64,000 nt of DNA from Camelus ferus (GCF_009834535.1 NC_045697.1:78742001-78806000), one strand, 5' to 3'. Shown: positions 1 to 13,681, numbered from the stretch's first letter. The notes: generated from the sequence alone by a model not told the origin. Numbers and translations are program-made.

Positions 1-230
1 AGTTCTCAGTGCTGGTTCCCAGGTCTGGGTAGGTCCTGACTAGATCACTTGTCTTCCCCTTTAACCATCTCAATGTTTTTTCTTTATATCCTTAATTGTA
101 AAAGAGTTGTTCCGCTAGTTCTCAGGTTGTTCTCAGAGAGAGTTCTTCTATATGTAGTTGTAGTTTTGGTGTGTCCACGAGAAGAGGCTCAGGGTCCTTC
201 CTACTCTGCCATTTTGATTCCACCTCTTCC
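1..230 (-). mobile_element. LINE-1 5' UTR start (element runs off the left edge of the window)
   Basis: Minus strand reads GGAAGAGGTGGAATCAAAATGGCAGAGTAGGAAGGACCCTGAG...CACCAAAACTACAACTACATA, a typical laurasiatherian L1 5' end with a YY1-type CAAAATGGC motif (208-216). Confidence 0.7.
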
Positions 231-330
231 AGAATACACATTCTTTGAAGCACATATGAGTTATTTCAGAAATTGATCATCAGCCAAAAAAAGAAGCCTC
301 AGTTAACTCTAAATATCTATATCACAATCA
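231..330 (+). mobile_element. Old L1 ORF2 endonuclease-region fragment
   Basis: AGAATACACATTCTTTGAAGCACATATG resembles the L1 ORF2 segment encoding EYTFFSSAHG; the tail of ORF 49..276 reads EYTFFEAH. Confidence 0.55.
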
Positions 331-377
331 CACTAATAATACTAGCGCTTTGCAGTCTTTTATAAGGGAAGCCATTG

Positions 378-404
378 ATTTTGTTTTGTTTTGTTTTGTT
401 TTTT
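378..404 (+). repeat. (TTTTG)n microsatellite
   Basis: Seen directly in the sequence. Confidence 0.9.
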
Positions 405-3400
405 AGCAGAGGCGTGACATCACCTTTCTTATGTTTTAAGGGTCACTGTTGCTGCTGTTTTGAAAAGAAGTTGTAGGCTTGAAGAAAGGTCGAAGATCAA
501 AGCATAAAAACCAGGATTTCTTGAAATATGGATGACTAAAGAATCCAGAAACAAAATTAGTGCAACAAAACAGTGGAAAAAATAATTATGAAAGAAACAT
601 TCACTTCATGAGAAATTACATACAAATATTCATTATGTAGAAATACAAGTTCTATGTAGAAGAAAATTATAGTCCTGCTCCAGACTTAATGCATAAATAG
701 AAATGCAATCAATGCAGGTTTTCTGACCTATATTCTAGTTTTAAGAAAAACAAATTTAAAAGAGTTGGGAAAAAAACAAGAAACCACACCATTGTGTCAG
801 CCCTGATGAATCAAACTGCCTGGTAGTTTCTGTCGCCACTCTCTCACAATCTTTGAAATTGATTGCTGTATGAAATTGGGCTCCTTGGAGTCTTGGATCT
901 CACAATGGTTTCAGAGGAAAAAAAATGACTCACTGTTTATTTAACAACATGAGTTAATTTGTCAAAAAGAAGGTCACTTAACAAGGTAATTTATCATCTT
1001 CTACCACATATAATGCTCCTATTCCAAGTTCTCTAAAGAAAACACTAAAATCTACCATCTCCTAGATAAAAAATTAAATGAATGAGGAAGTGGCCATGGG
1101 AGGGTCTGTAAGAGGGAAAATATACTTTGTTTAACTGGACTTCATATGAAAAACTGGAACAGGATTTTCTAAAGGACTCAGACCTTTTAACCATATTCTT
1201 CTAATTTTGAATCCTCTCGTTCTACATCTTTCCTTTCCTTGTAAGAAGCTGAAAGTTAGCTGAGCTTAAAACTGCTTAGATTAGATTTACATATTTTTTT
1301 TAAAAATTGTAAAGCAATTAAAAACATTTCTTAAACCAACCTTTTTTTTTGTTTGCTTGTTCTTGTCCCCTATAAAGGCATAAACACACACATTACACTA
1401 CAGATTTTTTAATTTTCTGATTCTAAAGCTACTTTTTTCTCCCCAACATCTATATAAAGCTCCTTTGTTAATCATTATAGCTATTTTCCTTACTCTCTTA
1501 GTATTTCACAGTCTTTCTATGGAGGCCTTAAGAAGGAAAATGTAATTTCTTTCACTATGTAGTCATTTAATACAATTTGGGATTGTTGATTTTTCCCTTA
1601 CCTATCCTATGCTATAGCATTATGATAGTAAAACACTACCATCAAATTAAGAATTATATGTGCAGAATTAAACCATCTTATATTATCAACTGGAAAATAT
1701 ACCATAGTAAAAAATGTGACCATTAAACTGTTTGTTGAATAACATGCCTATAAAAAGAAAACAGTTTAGATTTAGGTTGATAGTTATATAGAGTGAAAGA
1801 AATGTTTGGATGTTCTTTGGGATTATTCATTTCAACAAAGTCTGTCATGCTCAATAAGTTCCAAATGACAGTGTGGGAACATGTGAAATTGAAATTAGAC
1901 TGCTGGAGAAATCTAAGAGGAGAAACAGAAACTCAGAACATGCTATGCATGATCCTCAGCCAAGTCTTAGACTATCATTTTCATTATCAGTCATCCGATA
2001 GCAGCTTCTCAGATTTTCCACTCCTAAATTGTGTTTTTCTTAGAAATTAATAAACTATCTAACAAACTTAATAAATGAGTTTAAACCCAAATGTTTGGAA
2101 CTGAAAATTTATATAAAACATTAAATTTGTGAAAAATTGTAACTGAAGTTTCAAAATACCTTAAATAATAAAGAAGTCCTTTTCAGTTGATTTTGCTTAG
2201 AGAAAATTAGTCTTTTTAAAAAGGAATACTGATTGGATTATTTAACTAACATTTCATCTCTCTTTTAGATGTTTATATACCCAGTGAAATGCCCAAATTA
2301 TATTTAAACAAATGTACTTGTATTCATGTGTTTATCAACTGTTTATTAGATTTTACCAAATACAAAGCTCTATGCTAAGGATTGTATGGCAATATAAGGA
2401 TAAATAAGTTAGTATCTCTTTACTCAAAAACTTTACAAAAAATAAAAAAGTTGTAAACACAAGTAAATATTTTAACATAGAGGCTGTTAAACCTACCATA
2501 GGTGAGATCAATATTGTGTGGTAGTTCATTTTTTCATTCAGTCATTCAGCAAGTAATAAAGGAATTTCTCCTTAAAAAACCTGACACTCTTCTAGGTATA
2601 ATGGATAGAGAGAATGAAACCAACAATGAAAAAATTAATGACTTCACATGATTATTTCCAATACTAAGTGCAATCATTAATTCGAAGCAGAATTCTAGTA
2701 AGAGAGGACTAGAGGCTCGTCTAGCTTCCTATTAAAGGAGATCTACAGGTCTGGTTAGGATTCACTTCCTGCTTTGAAAAGAGAAATTGTTTTGGTTTAC
2801 ATTTTGTAGGGATCAGCCATTCAAAGCCTTATTCCTTCCATGAAATCACATCTGTGGCATTGTAGACTATAAAGCTTCTCTTAACATGTATCATGCAATT
2901 ATTTTACATCAAAGAATGCAGCTATAGCTATGTACGATAATTTCTAGTTACATCTCTTTCTGATATCTCATAGAATAGTACTGTTTAAATATGTTCCTGA
3001 ACATTTAGACTCTACGATTTCTGACTCTGTGAAAAAAGTCCTTTTGTCTCTGACCCAGTCCATGTGCATACGCCATATTCACATTTAACTCATTTAAAAC
3101 AAACACCATTTTAAAATGTGGAGTATTTGCAATCTGTGTAGCTTGAGAATTCCTAGCAGATGGCTAAATACTAGCTTCTGTGGCAGCAGTTCTGTCCTCA
3201 GGTAGACATATCTATGAGCTTCTCACAAAGGCTCTTGCCTCCTAGGACTCATGAAAAAGCAATGAAAATCATGGGTATTATTTCTGTACAAATAACTCAC
3301 ATAAAGAAAATGCCAGGGCATCTTCCATTATTAGAAGTAATTCCACATTTCAGAAAATTTGCATTAACCACAATTTTCACTCTCTCAGTGCAACATATGC

Positions 3401-3438
3401 CCTGTTACTGCAATTCCAGACACAACCACTTACATCTA

Positions 3439-3755
3439 TAGTCGTCCCTCAGCATGCTCATGGGTTTGGAAATCAAAATCTGCAGATGCTCAAGTCTCTT
3501 ATATGATTGATGTAGTATTTGTCCATAACCTAAGCACATCCTCCTATGTACAGTAAATCATCTCTAAATTACTTATAATTCATATTACAATGTAAATGCT
3601 ACATAAACAGTTGCAAATGCAATGCAAATGCTATGTAAATAGTTGCTGGCAAATTCAAGTTTTGCTTTTTGGAACTTCTGGAATTTTTTTTTTCCAAATA
3701 TTTTTGATCCAAGGTTGGTTGAATCCACCGATGCGGAATTCAGGGATACCAACTG
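3439..3755 (+). mobile_element. MER2/MER2B-like non-autonomous TcMar-Tigger DNA transposon
   Basis: Starts TA|TAGTCGTCCCTC and ends CCAACTG|TA (TA target-site duplication). Internal GATGCTCAAGTC...CACATCCTCC...AAATCATCTCT...GGTTGGTTGAATCCAC matches the remembered MER2 consensus. Confidence 0.85.
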
Positions 3756-6710
3756 TATATGGCATTTCAGCCTTTGATCAATATTCTTTCAAACTAGTTA
3801 ACTGAGTAAATATAACAGTAATTATTATCCTTATTTTCTCTAGAAGAGAAAACCAAAACTCAGGCAGGATAACGCACATAGATTAGATTAAGAACTCTAA
3901 ACTAGGTTTTAAATTCTTAGTTGAATGTTCCTTCCACAATATCATAAAGCCTTCGCAATGATAAACTAGATATACTGGAAAAGTAGTCCCTTTCAGCTGA
4001 ATGTAAACTGTACATGTCCAGAAAAATTAAAGAATTTTCCCATACAGAATAAAATGGTAAAATGTATACTGCAAAGATTTTCTAACAATGACATTAACAC
4101 TAAAATCCTTAAATTCATACTGATAAACACTCTTTATTTATTTTTCATGTGAAAAGAAAGTCACACTGACATTCAGAACAATTTACTTCCCCAATAAAAT
4201 TGCATAAACCAAATTCTCTATTTTATGAGATTTTACAATCTTGCTTAATAGTCTTAAAATAAACCCCTTTTTGTATACAACATAGTGTTTGTATTTTTTA
4301 TACATAATATCACATTTGATCTATACAAAAACTCCACGAATTAGGAAAGTAATGTCTCTTATGCATGAATAACTCAACACAGGAAGATAAAGTGATGGGC
4401 TGCTAGGCCAGCATTATTTTCACAACATTTTGCACAGAATGAAATTTTTTGCTAGTGCTGAGACCAGTACCTCATCACATTAATGCAAACAATTTGATCA
4501 ACTTTGAAAAAGAGTAAGGTCAAAGAGTAGCCATCAGCAAAGGGAAGCAATACTAGGAAATTCCAAAAGTGAAATAAACTTCCCTAACTTTGATAATATC
4601 TAATATCTATCTCTATCACTAAAGTTACTGGTTTTGAGGAAGGGGTTACTTCTTATTCATCTATGTATCTCTAGGACAATCTTAACGTCTGGCAATTATA
4701 GGCACTCAGTTAACTCCTGGTGGAGGAGTCAGTAAATTAACTATATAATTTTTGTTTTAAATTTTGTTTAATGAAAAATATTCAGTTAGAGACATTAATC
4801 AACCTGACCAAAATTCAAGATTTAATTTAGCCGCCTAAGGTAGATATACTGTATCTTACCATTCTTATCCTTCACATTTTCAAAATACTGTAAATAAAGA
4901 TTTTTACAAAGTGTTTTTAAGAATTTTTAAATATGCTTTCTACTGTAAGACTTCTCATCATCAAAATATTCCAAAATTCCTTTGCTCCAAAGAGAACATA
5001 CTGATTCCTTAGAGAGCAGAAATTAGGATTTCTGTGATTATATATGAGAAAAATAAATGAAAAATGATTGATTTTCAATTGGAGTGGAAGAAGAAAGAGC
5101 ATATGACCATAATTTATATAAATTACTCTTTCCTTGCAGTTGCATACGCTGTCAGATCCTTTTTCATTCATAATCACTGAGTGGCTTTTCAACCTCAAAC
5201 ATCATTAAGATGGTCAGCAAGGAGATCAAGACCTAATCATTTTCCCTCTAAGAACAGCTTTGTAGGATAAATGTGAGAGGGAAAGAAATGTGATCTGCAA
5301 TTTGACTCCATTTGGATTTAAATTAAGATAGACTATGTGTTAAAAGTCATTTTTAAATCTTAAAGAACAAATGAACCTATAGTTTGCCTTCCAGGGCTGT
5401 CTTCTTAATCTGTCACTAACAATGTAAGAACAGTGTGACAGTGACAATGCCGATGACTGAGCTAGGTTTGAACAACTGCTGAAAGTCTGGGGTGGGATTT
5501 TAGCCAAATAACAGTCACATTGAAATATCTGTAGCACAAACTTTCCCAATATTCCACCCAACCCCTTCAGTTACTGACAGAAGACAGGTACAGTTCTTTG
5601 AAGGATCTAAGAGGAAATGCCCGTGAACTCATGGATGATCTACCGAGGCAGTGAGGACACTTTAGCATGCTAGCAGAACACTGTGCACCTCCATTAACAT
5701 GTCCGAGTAGGATCAGCAAGGACAGCGCCCTCCTACTTGGGCAGCTGCTCAGAATTATGAAATCCGTATGGTGGGACCTGCAGTCTTTAGAGAAAATACA
5801 CATGTGATTTTGCTGAAAGCCAGGATAATATTAGTCAGATAAGCCCCCCTTACTGGTTTTTCAAAGAATCCAAAGACTAAAGAAAGGATTTGAAGAATAA
5901 CGGTGCTACCGCTGACATCTGGTTGCTGAATGTTTTATGTACAGTTTCTAACAACAATAATTGAACGTGAAATGCATTTCTGAAAGTTTTTCATAGAATA
6001 ATATTTTCCAAGTTAAAGGCTGAAAGAAAAAGATGTAAAACTCGGTGAGCAGTATTAACTCCACAGGTAATTGTGTGAAGAAAGAAAGCAGACCAGAGCA
6101 AACATTTTGAATGATTTAATATACCAAGGCAAATAATAATGTAAATTCCCTAATTCTGGAACCATTTACTTCAATATATGTGAGACTGCTAATTAAGAAG
6201 ATTATGAAAATGATTTAGGAAAAATAATAGTTTTCAAAGTGTTAATACAATCCTAATTATGTCAGTTGTCTTGAGGTGATGACAGGCAAACTTATAGAAT
6301 GATTTAATAGAACACAATCTACATCATAAATGAGTGTTTTTAGCTACCTACTATGATTTACACCTTTTTTAGGAGTCTAATATTTTAATGAAACCGTGGT
6401 CAAAAAATAGAGATACCAGGAAGTATCCAGGAACTCATTTTAAAAAAAAAGAATAGAGAACTACAGCCAATAGACAATCAACCCAGTCATCTATCACTTT
6501 ATGTTTGACTAACTGCCTGCTTCTCTCTTCAAATACTTATCTACTTGAGAACCACCCTTTCCCTCAGATGCTGGAAAGCCAGTTAATGTGTAGCTTTAGT
6601 TTAGCATTTCCACATGTTCCTAAGGTTTTCTGTTTCTTCTTTTGAATAGAAATATAAATGGACAGACTGGCAGTCACACCCTTTCCACGATATCAGAAAG
6701 AAATTTAGAA

Positions 6711-7003
6711 CAGTGGTTATCAAAAGAAACCCTAAGTTTTCTTCAGTGTCCAGTTAAATGAGAAAAAAAAAGAAAAAACAAAAAAGGACAACACAGTGAA
6801 TTCAAAATAAAATAAAATTATTCTTTTTTGTGTGATTTGTACTTTTTCATTGTTAAAATGTCCTTTAAATAATAGTAGATAGTGGTTGTTTAACTCTGTT
6901 CTTTATTTTGATAAAATAAAAATGTCAAAACTATGCTGCCTGACCCCCTCAGCTTTATTTTATTTTTACCAGTCTCTAAAAGCTAAAAATCTTGAAACAA
7001 CTG
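6711..7003. mobile_element. hAT-Charlie-type MITE
   Basis: Imperfect terminal inverted repeats CAGTGGTTATCAA / TTGAAACAACTG, flanked by the 8-mers ATTTAGAA and GTTTAGAG (degenerate NTCTAGAN-type duplication). Confidence 0.65.
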
Positions 7004-7442
7004 GTTTAGAGTTTCACAGGGGACTAAATGGGTTGCCTTTGAAAAAATATTTAATTTCTGTTATTCTTTTAGTAAAGATAGCTTTTTTTCTGACCATAAT
7101 CTGTATATCCTTCAAGTAATGTAAAAGTCCTAAGCTGTGTTTTTATGAGATGATTTCTGATTCTTACATGCATGTGTTTTTTGTCTATTTCCTCTCTTTC
7201 TCTCCATGACTTTCTCAAACATCTGCCTACATTTTCATAGACGATCATTAAAAAAACTTTGTCCAAACTTCTGAATCTGAAATTTCCTGGCTACTGATGA
7301 CAAAGAAGGCAAGTATAGTCTAAATCCAATACACTCTAAATCAACTTCTTGACCACTTACTAGTAATTAGCTCTGGAATCTGAGTTTGAACTGAGACAAC
7401 TATGTACAGCTAAAGTGAAAGTGAGTTTTGGCCACCATAAAG

Positions 7443-7697
7443 CAGAGCTTCCACAGATTTAGGACCACCATTCACAATAAGAAATTTGTTTACCATTAGT
7501 CCCCAGAAAGCACATGCACAAAGATGCAACCAAACATCCACAACTGGAGTTGAAGTCTCACAAAACAGTACATACCCTGACTTAGTGCAATGCACTCTCA
7601 CATTCTTTTATTCTACTATTTTTAAGTGAACCACATTTGCCATATTGATTTCACGACCCACTAAATTGTAGTAGCTCACAGTTTTAAAATTGTTACC
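7443..7697. mobile_element. Old non-autonomous hAT-Charlie element (subfamily not assigned)
   Basis: TTGATTTCACGACCCACTAA...CACAGTTT and TGCAATGCACTCT segments match a common ancient MER/Charlie element; ends are degraded. Confidence 0.6.
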
Positions 7698-8309
7698 TTA
7701 AAACACGTGTTGTAATGTTGCTACTGAATTTCATCATATAAAGTTCAAAACAATTTCCCTTAAATAAATATAAAATTAGAAACAGCCTTTTCAAATAATT
7801 TTATAGTGTGTTGCCATTAAATTTTTGAAGGAAAGAAACCAGCATTTTTGTCTCATTTTTCTTGATTTCCCTTTAAGCTGATCTGCTTGGTTCTTTCTCA
7901 ACACTCCTTGGCTTTTCTCTAGATAAGTTTCTTCTAAACTGGAAGAAGAACTGGAGAATGATGATAAATCAAAGTGCCCTTGTTTTGTTTTCTTTTTTTA
8001 GTAAACTTTGAGGGTCCTACTTTTAGCACTGATGATGACTCAACTATTGACTTAAGATTCTGAATTATATTTATGATATTCTGAGATGTTCTTAAAATCA
8101 CTAAAGAAATGAGTTATCTTAAATTGCCTATTCAAGTTTATGTAATAAATTTTCTGCAACGTTTTCTGATTTCTTTTCAAGTAAATAAAAAGTAGGCAAA
8201 ATTTTACATTGGTAAATACATTGGTTATGTACACATGGATGAGTATGTTTGTGTGTACAGACACACTTAGACTCACTATGGCAAGGAGACCAGGCTTAGG
8301 GATCCATAC

Positions 8310-8476
8310 AGAAGTAGTTCAAGTCCTGCTTCCAACTTCTTTACCACTGTGTGATTTTTAGAATTTCTTCTAAAATGTCCTTTGCAAAATGAAATCATAA
8401 TCACACCTACCTCACAAGCTGTTGCCAGGGACAAATGAGATAGAAGAAGCAAAAAATCAAAGTGCTTTTAAATTGT
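8310..8476 (+). mobile_element. MIR SINE
   Basis: GTTCAAGTCCTGCTTC...CTGTGTGA...CACCTACCTCACAAGCTGTTG...AAATGAGATA MIR core. Confidence 0.65.
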
Positions 8477-8859
8477 TCATTTTTGCTATAGATTTCAGAG
8501 AATGATCTGTTTAAGTTTATTTCATGCCTGGGGAAAAAATAAAATTATCCTCGCTGACCATTTTAATTGATTTCCATGCATGACTCTAATCTTCTAATTC
8601 ACTTAATGCATGTAAGCAGAGAAAAAGAGCCCCTTTAAGACAAGGAAATTATAGAGAAAAGATTAATAATACAGTTGAAGTTAGAAGGATATCAAATTCT
8701 GTATTTCCTAAAATCTTTAGACATTTGAACTTGACCATCAAGTGATTGCTACTGAGAGAAGCTCCCATACTTTGAAGGATTAAAATTCCAGCTCCAGCTT
8801 GGCTCCCTTAAATTAATAACCATGTAGAAAATCCAGTCTGTGGACTGTGTTCTGTAGAC

Positions 8860-9187
8860 TACATCAGGCCCACAGGTTAAATCCAGCCCACTTCCTATTT
8901 ATCTACGTCCTGTGGGCTAAGAATGGTTTTTACATTTCTATATGAGTGGTGGAGGGATTAAAAGAAGAAAAGCATTTTGTGACAGTGAAAATTATATGAA
9001 ATTCAAATTTCAATGCCCATAAATAAAGTTTCACTTGAGCACACTGTAGGTCATTCATTAATGTATTGTCTATGGCTAATTTTATGCTACAAAAGCAGAG
9101 TTTAGTAGTTGAAATAGAGACCATATGGCTCCCAAAGGCAAAAATTAAGTATTTATTATTTGGTTCTTTACAGTTTGCCAACCCTGG
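8860..9187 (+). mobile_element. MER58B-like hAT-Charlie element
   Basis: GCTAAGAATGGTTTTTACATTT...GAAAATTATATGAAATTCAAATTTCA...CATAAATAAAGTTT...CTTTACAGTTTGCCAACCCTG is characteristic of MER58. Confidence 0.85.
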
Positions 9188-10339
9188 ACTGCACAGCAAA
9201 AAGAAACTCAGGGACAAAATGTAAATGATGCTTATAAGTTCCATAATTATTCCAATATGATTATTTAAAAATATAGCAAAGATGATTCTTAACTATAATA
9301 AGCATATTTTATATTTGATATAAAGAGTATGCATCTTTCAACATAAACTACACAACCTGTTTCTGAATGATGACATGATGTGTGCTTCAAAACTAAGTAA
9401 GGAAAAATAAATGGTTTTTATTCACCTAACAGCACACACCTAGGCAATGAGATTAGATGTTGTCATTACAATGGAAGAGAAGCCAGCTTAAGCTAAGCCC
9501 CAAACACTACCTTCCACAGGCCTTCCATCTATCATCATAAATGATAATTCAACATTCCCAAAAATCAAATTTTAATTCTGATCAAGTAGCTTTTTATTAA
9601 ACTTTCAGGACTATTAAAACAACTGATTTCAACACAAGGTAAGCAGTAGCATTTGAAGGGGTGAGGGGATTCTATTTGAAATGAAACAGTGCCAATTAAA
9701 TAGAGACTAACAGATAATGCCTTCTTATTATCTGCCAGCAAGTACTTGAGCAAAACAGTTAAAACACCCACCAGACCAAGGAGTTCCAATGGGCCTATGG
9801 GCCAAAAGAGAATGTTTAACAGGAACATTCAGATGCGTCCCTTCTAAATCTCAAGCACTCTACGTGTTATCAAATAATGAATCATTACTAAATCTTGATA
9901 TAATTTTCAAAACTGACAAGAGGTAATTGTCCACCAATCAGGTAATAGAATAAAGTATTACTTTTATAATTTTTGAAAGTATTAACTATCACATGTAATG
10001 TTTGACCTTCCTAATGTAGATCAGAGTCCTCTGGAATAGAGGGAACTCCATCTCTATTTCCTATTTCCATTTTTGGCTAACTTTTTATGATGTACATTAA
10101 TATAATAATACTTGTATGTAGTTCATAAATGAATAAATATACCTATGATAAGAGTGCATCATGAGAATACACTGGTCCATATAATCAAAAATAGTTGAAA
10201 ACTACTGATCAAAATTACTCTGGTTTAGTATTGAACTATAACTAATTGCAATAATTTAAATATTTTTTATATAAGCTATGCTATAAGACCTTACAGAAAA
10301 TGTTTACTTTCTCTAACACTCAGCTGCCATCTCTGAAAA

Positions 10340-10700
10340 CCACTGCCCACTAGAAGGAAGCAGCGCTCCTTGAAGAAATGGCTGATTCCAGTCCTGGAGT
10401 GGGAAATGGATAGTATGAGCCTGGTACAAGAGTAAGAAAGCTATCAAAAATGACTGAGGGCATGTCTAAAGGACTCGGGAGCCAAGAAAAGCTTTCATTA
10501 CCCAAAAGTGGGACAATATGAGCACCCATAAGGATACTGACAGCGGCAGATTGCCTGCCTAAATTCACATGCGTTGGTCACTTTTTGAAGGAGATTTGGG
10601 AACTCATTTTGAAAACTGCTAAGTAAAAGAAAACAATGAAGCACTTATTCCATCTTTCCTAAAATAATCATCATCATAATAATAAATACTCGAGGCAGAC
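10340..10700 (+). mobile_element. Old L1 (L1MC-like) 3' UTR fragment
   Basis: CTCCTTGAAGAAATGGCTGATTCCAG...AAAGCTATCAAA...AAAGTGGGACAAT resembles the L1MC4/5 3' region. Confidence 0.6.
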
Positions 10701-11809
10701 GTAGGGAAAATAAAGGACAGGTGACACTGTACACTTAAATTTAAAAAATGGCATTTTTCTTCCTAATTGATGGTGTAACTTCTACTCTTGTTCTCAGTAT
10801 AGAAATACCCAATCAAAAGAAATATAGCATTATTTTTCTCAAGGAGTTTAGAGCTTGATGCCCTGAATGGTTGATTTTGTAAAGCCAAACGATTCTGTTA
10901 CTAAATTTAAAACCTCTTGAAATCCATAGTTCAGATCAATTCTTTATAGATGGTTAAAGAGAAGATGTTTTAATAAAATTGTCTTTCTTTTCAGTGGTTA
11001 ATCCTTAAGACCTGAAAAACCTTTTCAAGCTGATAATGGTTCTTTTTTTTTTTTTCCTGCCAGTAGAAATAAAGCCAAATAAAATACCTTACTCTCCAGT
11101 TTCCTTCAAGTATATAAATGAGGCTGAAGGTGTCCTGGTTTCGCCTTCTAAGCTGGCTAAAACCCTGTTGCTATTTGCTTATCTCAAGGGGACTGGATAG
11201 CTCCTTTAAATTACATTTTATATGGTATGTCCCATGTTTTAAGAACTCTCTGGGCAACAGTAAAATGTCGCATTCCTTAAAGTGGTACAATGAAGATGCC
11301 TCCTCATTTCCCCTCATGTGCTCTCCTACACACTCGACATGTGCATATATCTCCCTGTCACTGTTTGTGAGCCCTCTGAGTTGAGGATGGGATGTTTTAG
11401 CTACAGGACAACAGAATTAAGGAAATGAGCTACAAAAGATGACATCATTTTAAAATGTAAAAAATCACTCTCTCTCTCCTCATTTCTCATACTGATCACT
11501 CTGGACACCACTTGGGAGAGAAACAGTCTTAGCTACTCGGAATTAGATGACCTAGTTTCATATCTTCAATTCTTCTATTTAGCAGCCGCAGAGGACTTAA
11601 AATCTCTGAGGACCAATTTTATTATCTGTACACAGTACAATATTATCTGTGTTAAAATAATTATTATTATTATTAATTATATCAAACTAAAAGTTTGAAA
11701 GTAAGGAAATAAATATAAAATTGCTTGTACAATAAATATGTAGTATAAACTATGATAAAATTCTCGTTTGGAGAATAAAAAAGTATTAGCTGATATAGAT
11801 TCCACATAT

Positions 11810-12022
11810 TGATGTGCTCTATTCTGTGCTAAGCACCTTAATACGTTACCACATTGGATTTTCACCAAAACAAAGAGGTATGTGTTAGCATCCTCCACCT
11901 AGTAATCAGGAAGGTGAGACTCAGAGAAGGTAAGAAACTTACTGAAAGATGCATATGGAATAAGTAGCCCAAGGTCAAATGTGATTCTAGATCTACCTGG
12001 CTCCATAACCAAACTCTTAACT
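11810..12022 (-). mobile_element. MIR SINE
   Basis: CTGTGCTAAGCAC...GTGAGACTCAGAGAAGGTAAGAAACTT...CTCTTAAC is the reverse-orientation MIR core. Confidence 0.7.
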
Positions 12023-13681
12023 CTGATCTTATTCTGCGTTTCTAACAGGTGGAGGGGGAAGGAGAGCGAGAAAGAGAGATTTAAAATATGAAATAACATT
12101 TTTTTTAAATGTAAGCAACAGATATGCTGAGACAAATGGTACATCAAACACTTGAAAGAAGTTTAAGTAAATAAAGATACCTTCATGAAAGTATTGCTTA
12201 ATTTTGCTAAGCAAATCATTGTAGTATACATGTAATAAATTGAACTACATCTATTATATGTGAGTCGTTAAGAATCTTTTTACTCGATTAAGATCTACAA
12301 AAGATATTTTCTTGCCTGCTCTGCGGGATTATTTCAAGTGCTTTAAAATCCTCATATCCCTTAACGTCTTTTTGATACAGATACATTAAATCCTCTTACA
12401 GTCAACCTAACTTAGAATTTAGAATTTAGAAAAAACTATTTTTAGAGTTTCTCAAAAAATGCCATAGGAGGTTTGTAATCCCCCGCCCTCATCACCAAAG
12501 TGCAAGGCTGTTTGGCTGCACGTGCGCATTTGAAGGGGCAGGCTCTACTCTGCCAGCTCTCTACTTACCCGCTCCTTCTACTTTGATCTTTCAATGCCTT
12601 TCTCCTCTCTCTCTTTTTTTTTTTTTAATTTTGGACTCTGCCCAGTACCCCCACCCCACAACACACACACCTCCTGACAACAAGTCATTGAATTTTATGT
12701 GAAGCTTATTTCATATTCGGATTTTAGCTCAACTCCTCTGTTTCTGCTCTTCGCAGAACAGAAATTTTTAATAAGGCAGAGTCATCTTAACTTCCTTTCA
12801 CTCTTAAACGCATGATTCATTTCAAGTATTCGAAACAAAGCAGAGAACTAAGGCAGTATCCTGTGAGTTAATAATCCTAAGGCTTGTTTGACATGCCTGA
12901 AATGTAAGTTAATGTTTCTTATGTTAGTCCCTCTTGTTCTTCTCCAGTACATCATAGCACTGCCCTCTAAGATGTGAGAAAAGGAAAAACACAAAAACAC
13001 TTGCTTTCTCTGGAGGGGAAGTTTGATGCCAGGAACATACACTTAAAGTACTTTATCCAAATCCCAAAGGTGGGGTCTGGGCCATACAGTTTGTGCTTGA
13101 TACTGTTAGGAAGCTCTCCCAGCCTCCATTTCTCTGGCGTGATAGGCTTATCCCCAGGTGACTGCTGGGGAGCGTTCACCTGAAGCTGTATGAGCCTACA
13201 GTATAAATGGATTCACTGCATCTGAGAATTAGGAAAAAACAAGCCCATTTTTTCAGGTCCAGTTGAAATCCCATCTATGAAAGCCTTCTTTAATCACTCA
13301 GATCCACAGCAATCCCATGGCACTCATTGTCTGTATAGCTCATTGAGAACCTGGAAATGTTTTTAGAATTGATATTTAACACTTGGTTAGAGAGAAATTT
13401 TCATCTCTTTTTACCACCTAGTGAAAAATAGAACCAAACAAAGCACTTTAATATCTACTAATGGTATCTACTAATCAATAATAGTCGATTAGTTAATGGT
13501 CACTAAGACAAGATAGTCTTTAATCTAAAAAATACAGAGAAGAATGGAATGCGCTTTAGAAATATTTCCATTGAAGTAATTAAAACATTTAAAAACTGGG
13601 GTTCTTAGCCAATTATAGATAACTGACACTCCCTGATAATGACAAGGATGTTGCTGCAAAAAATAACAGCAGTCTTCCCCA

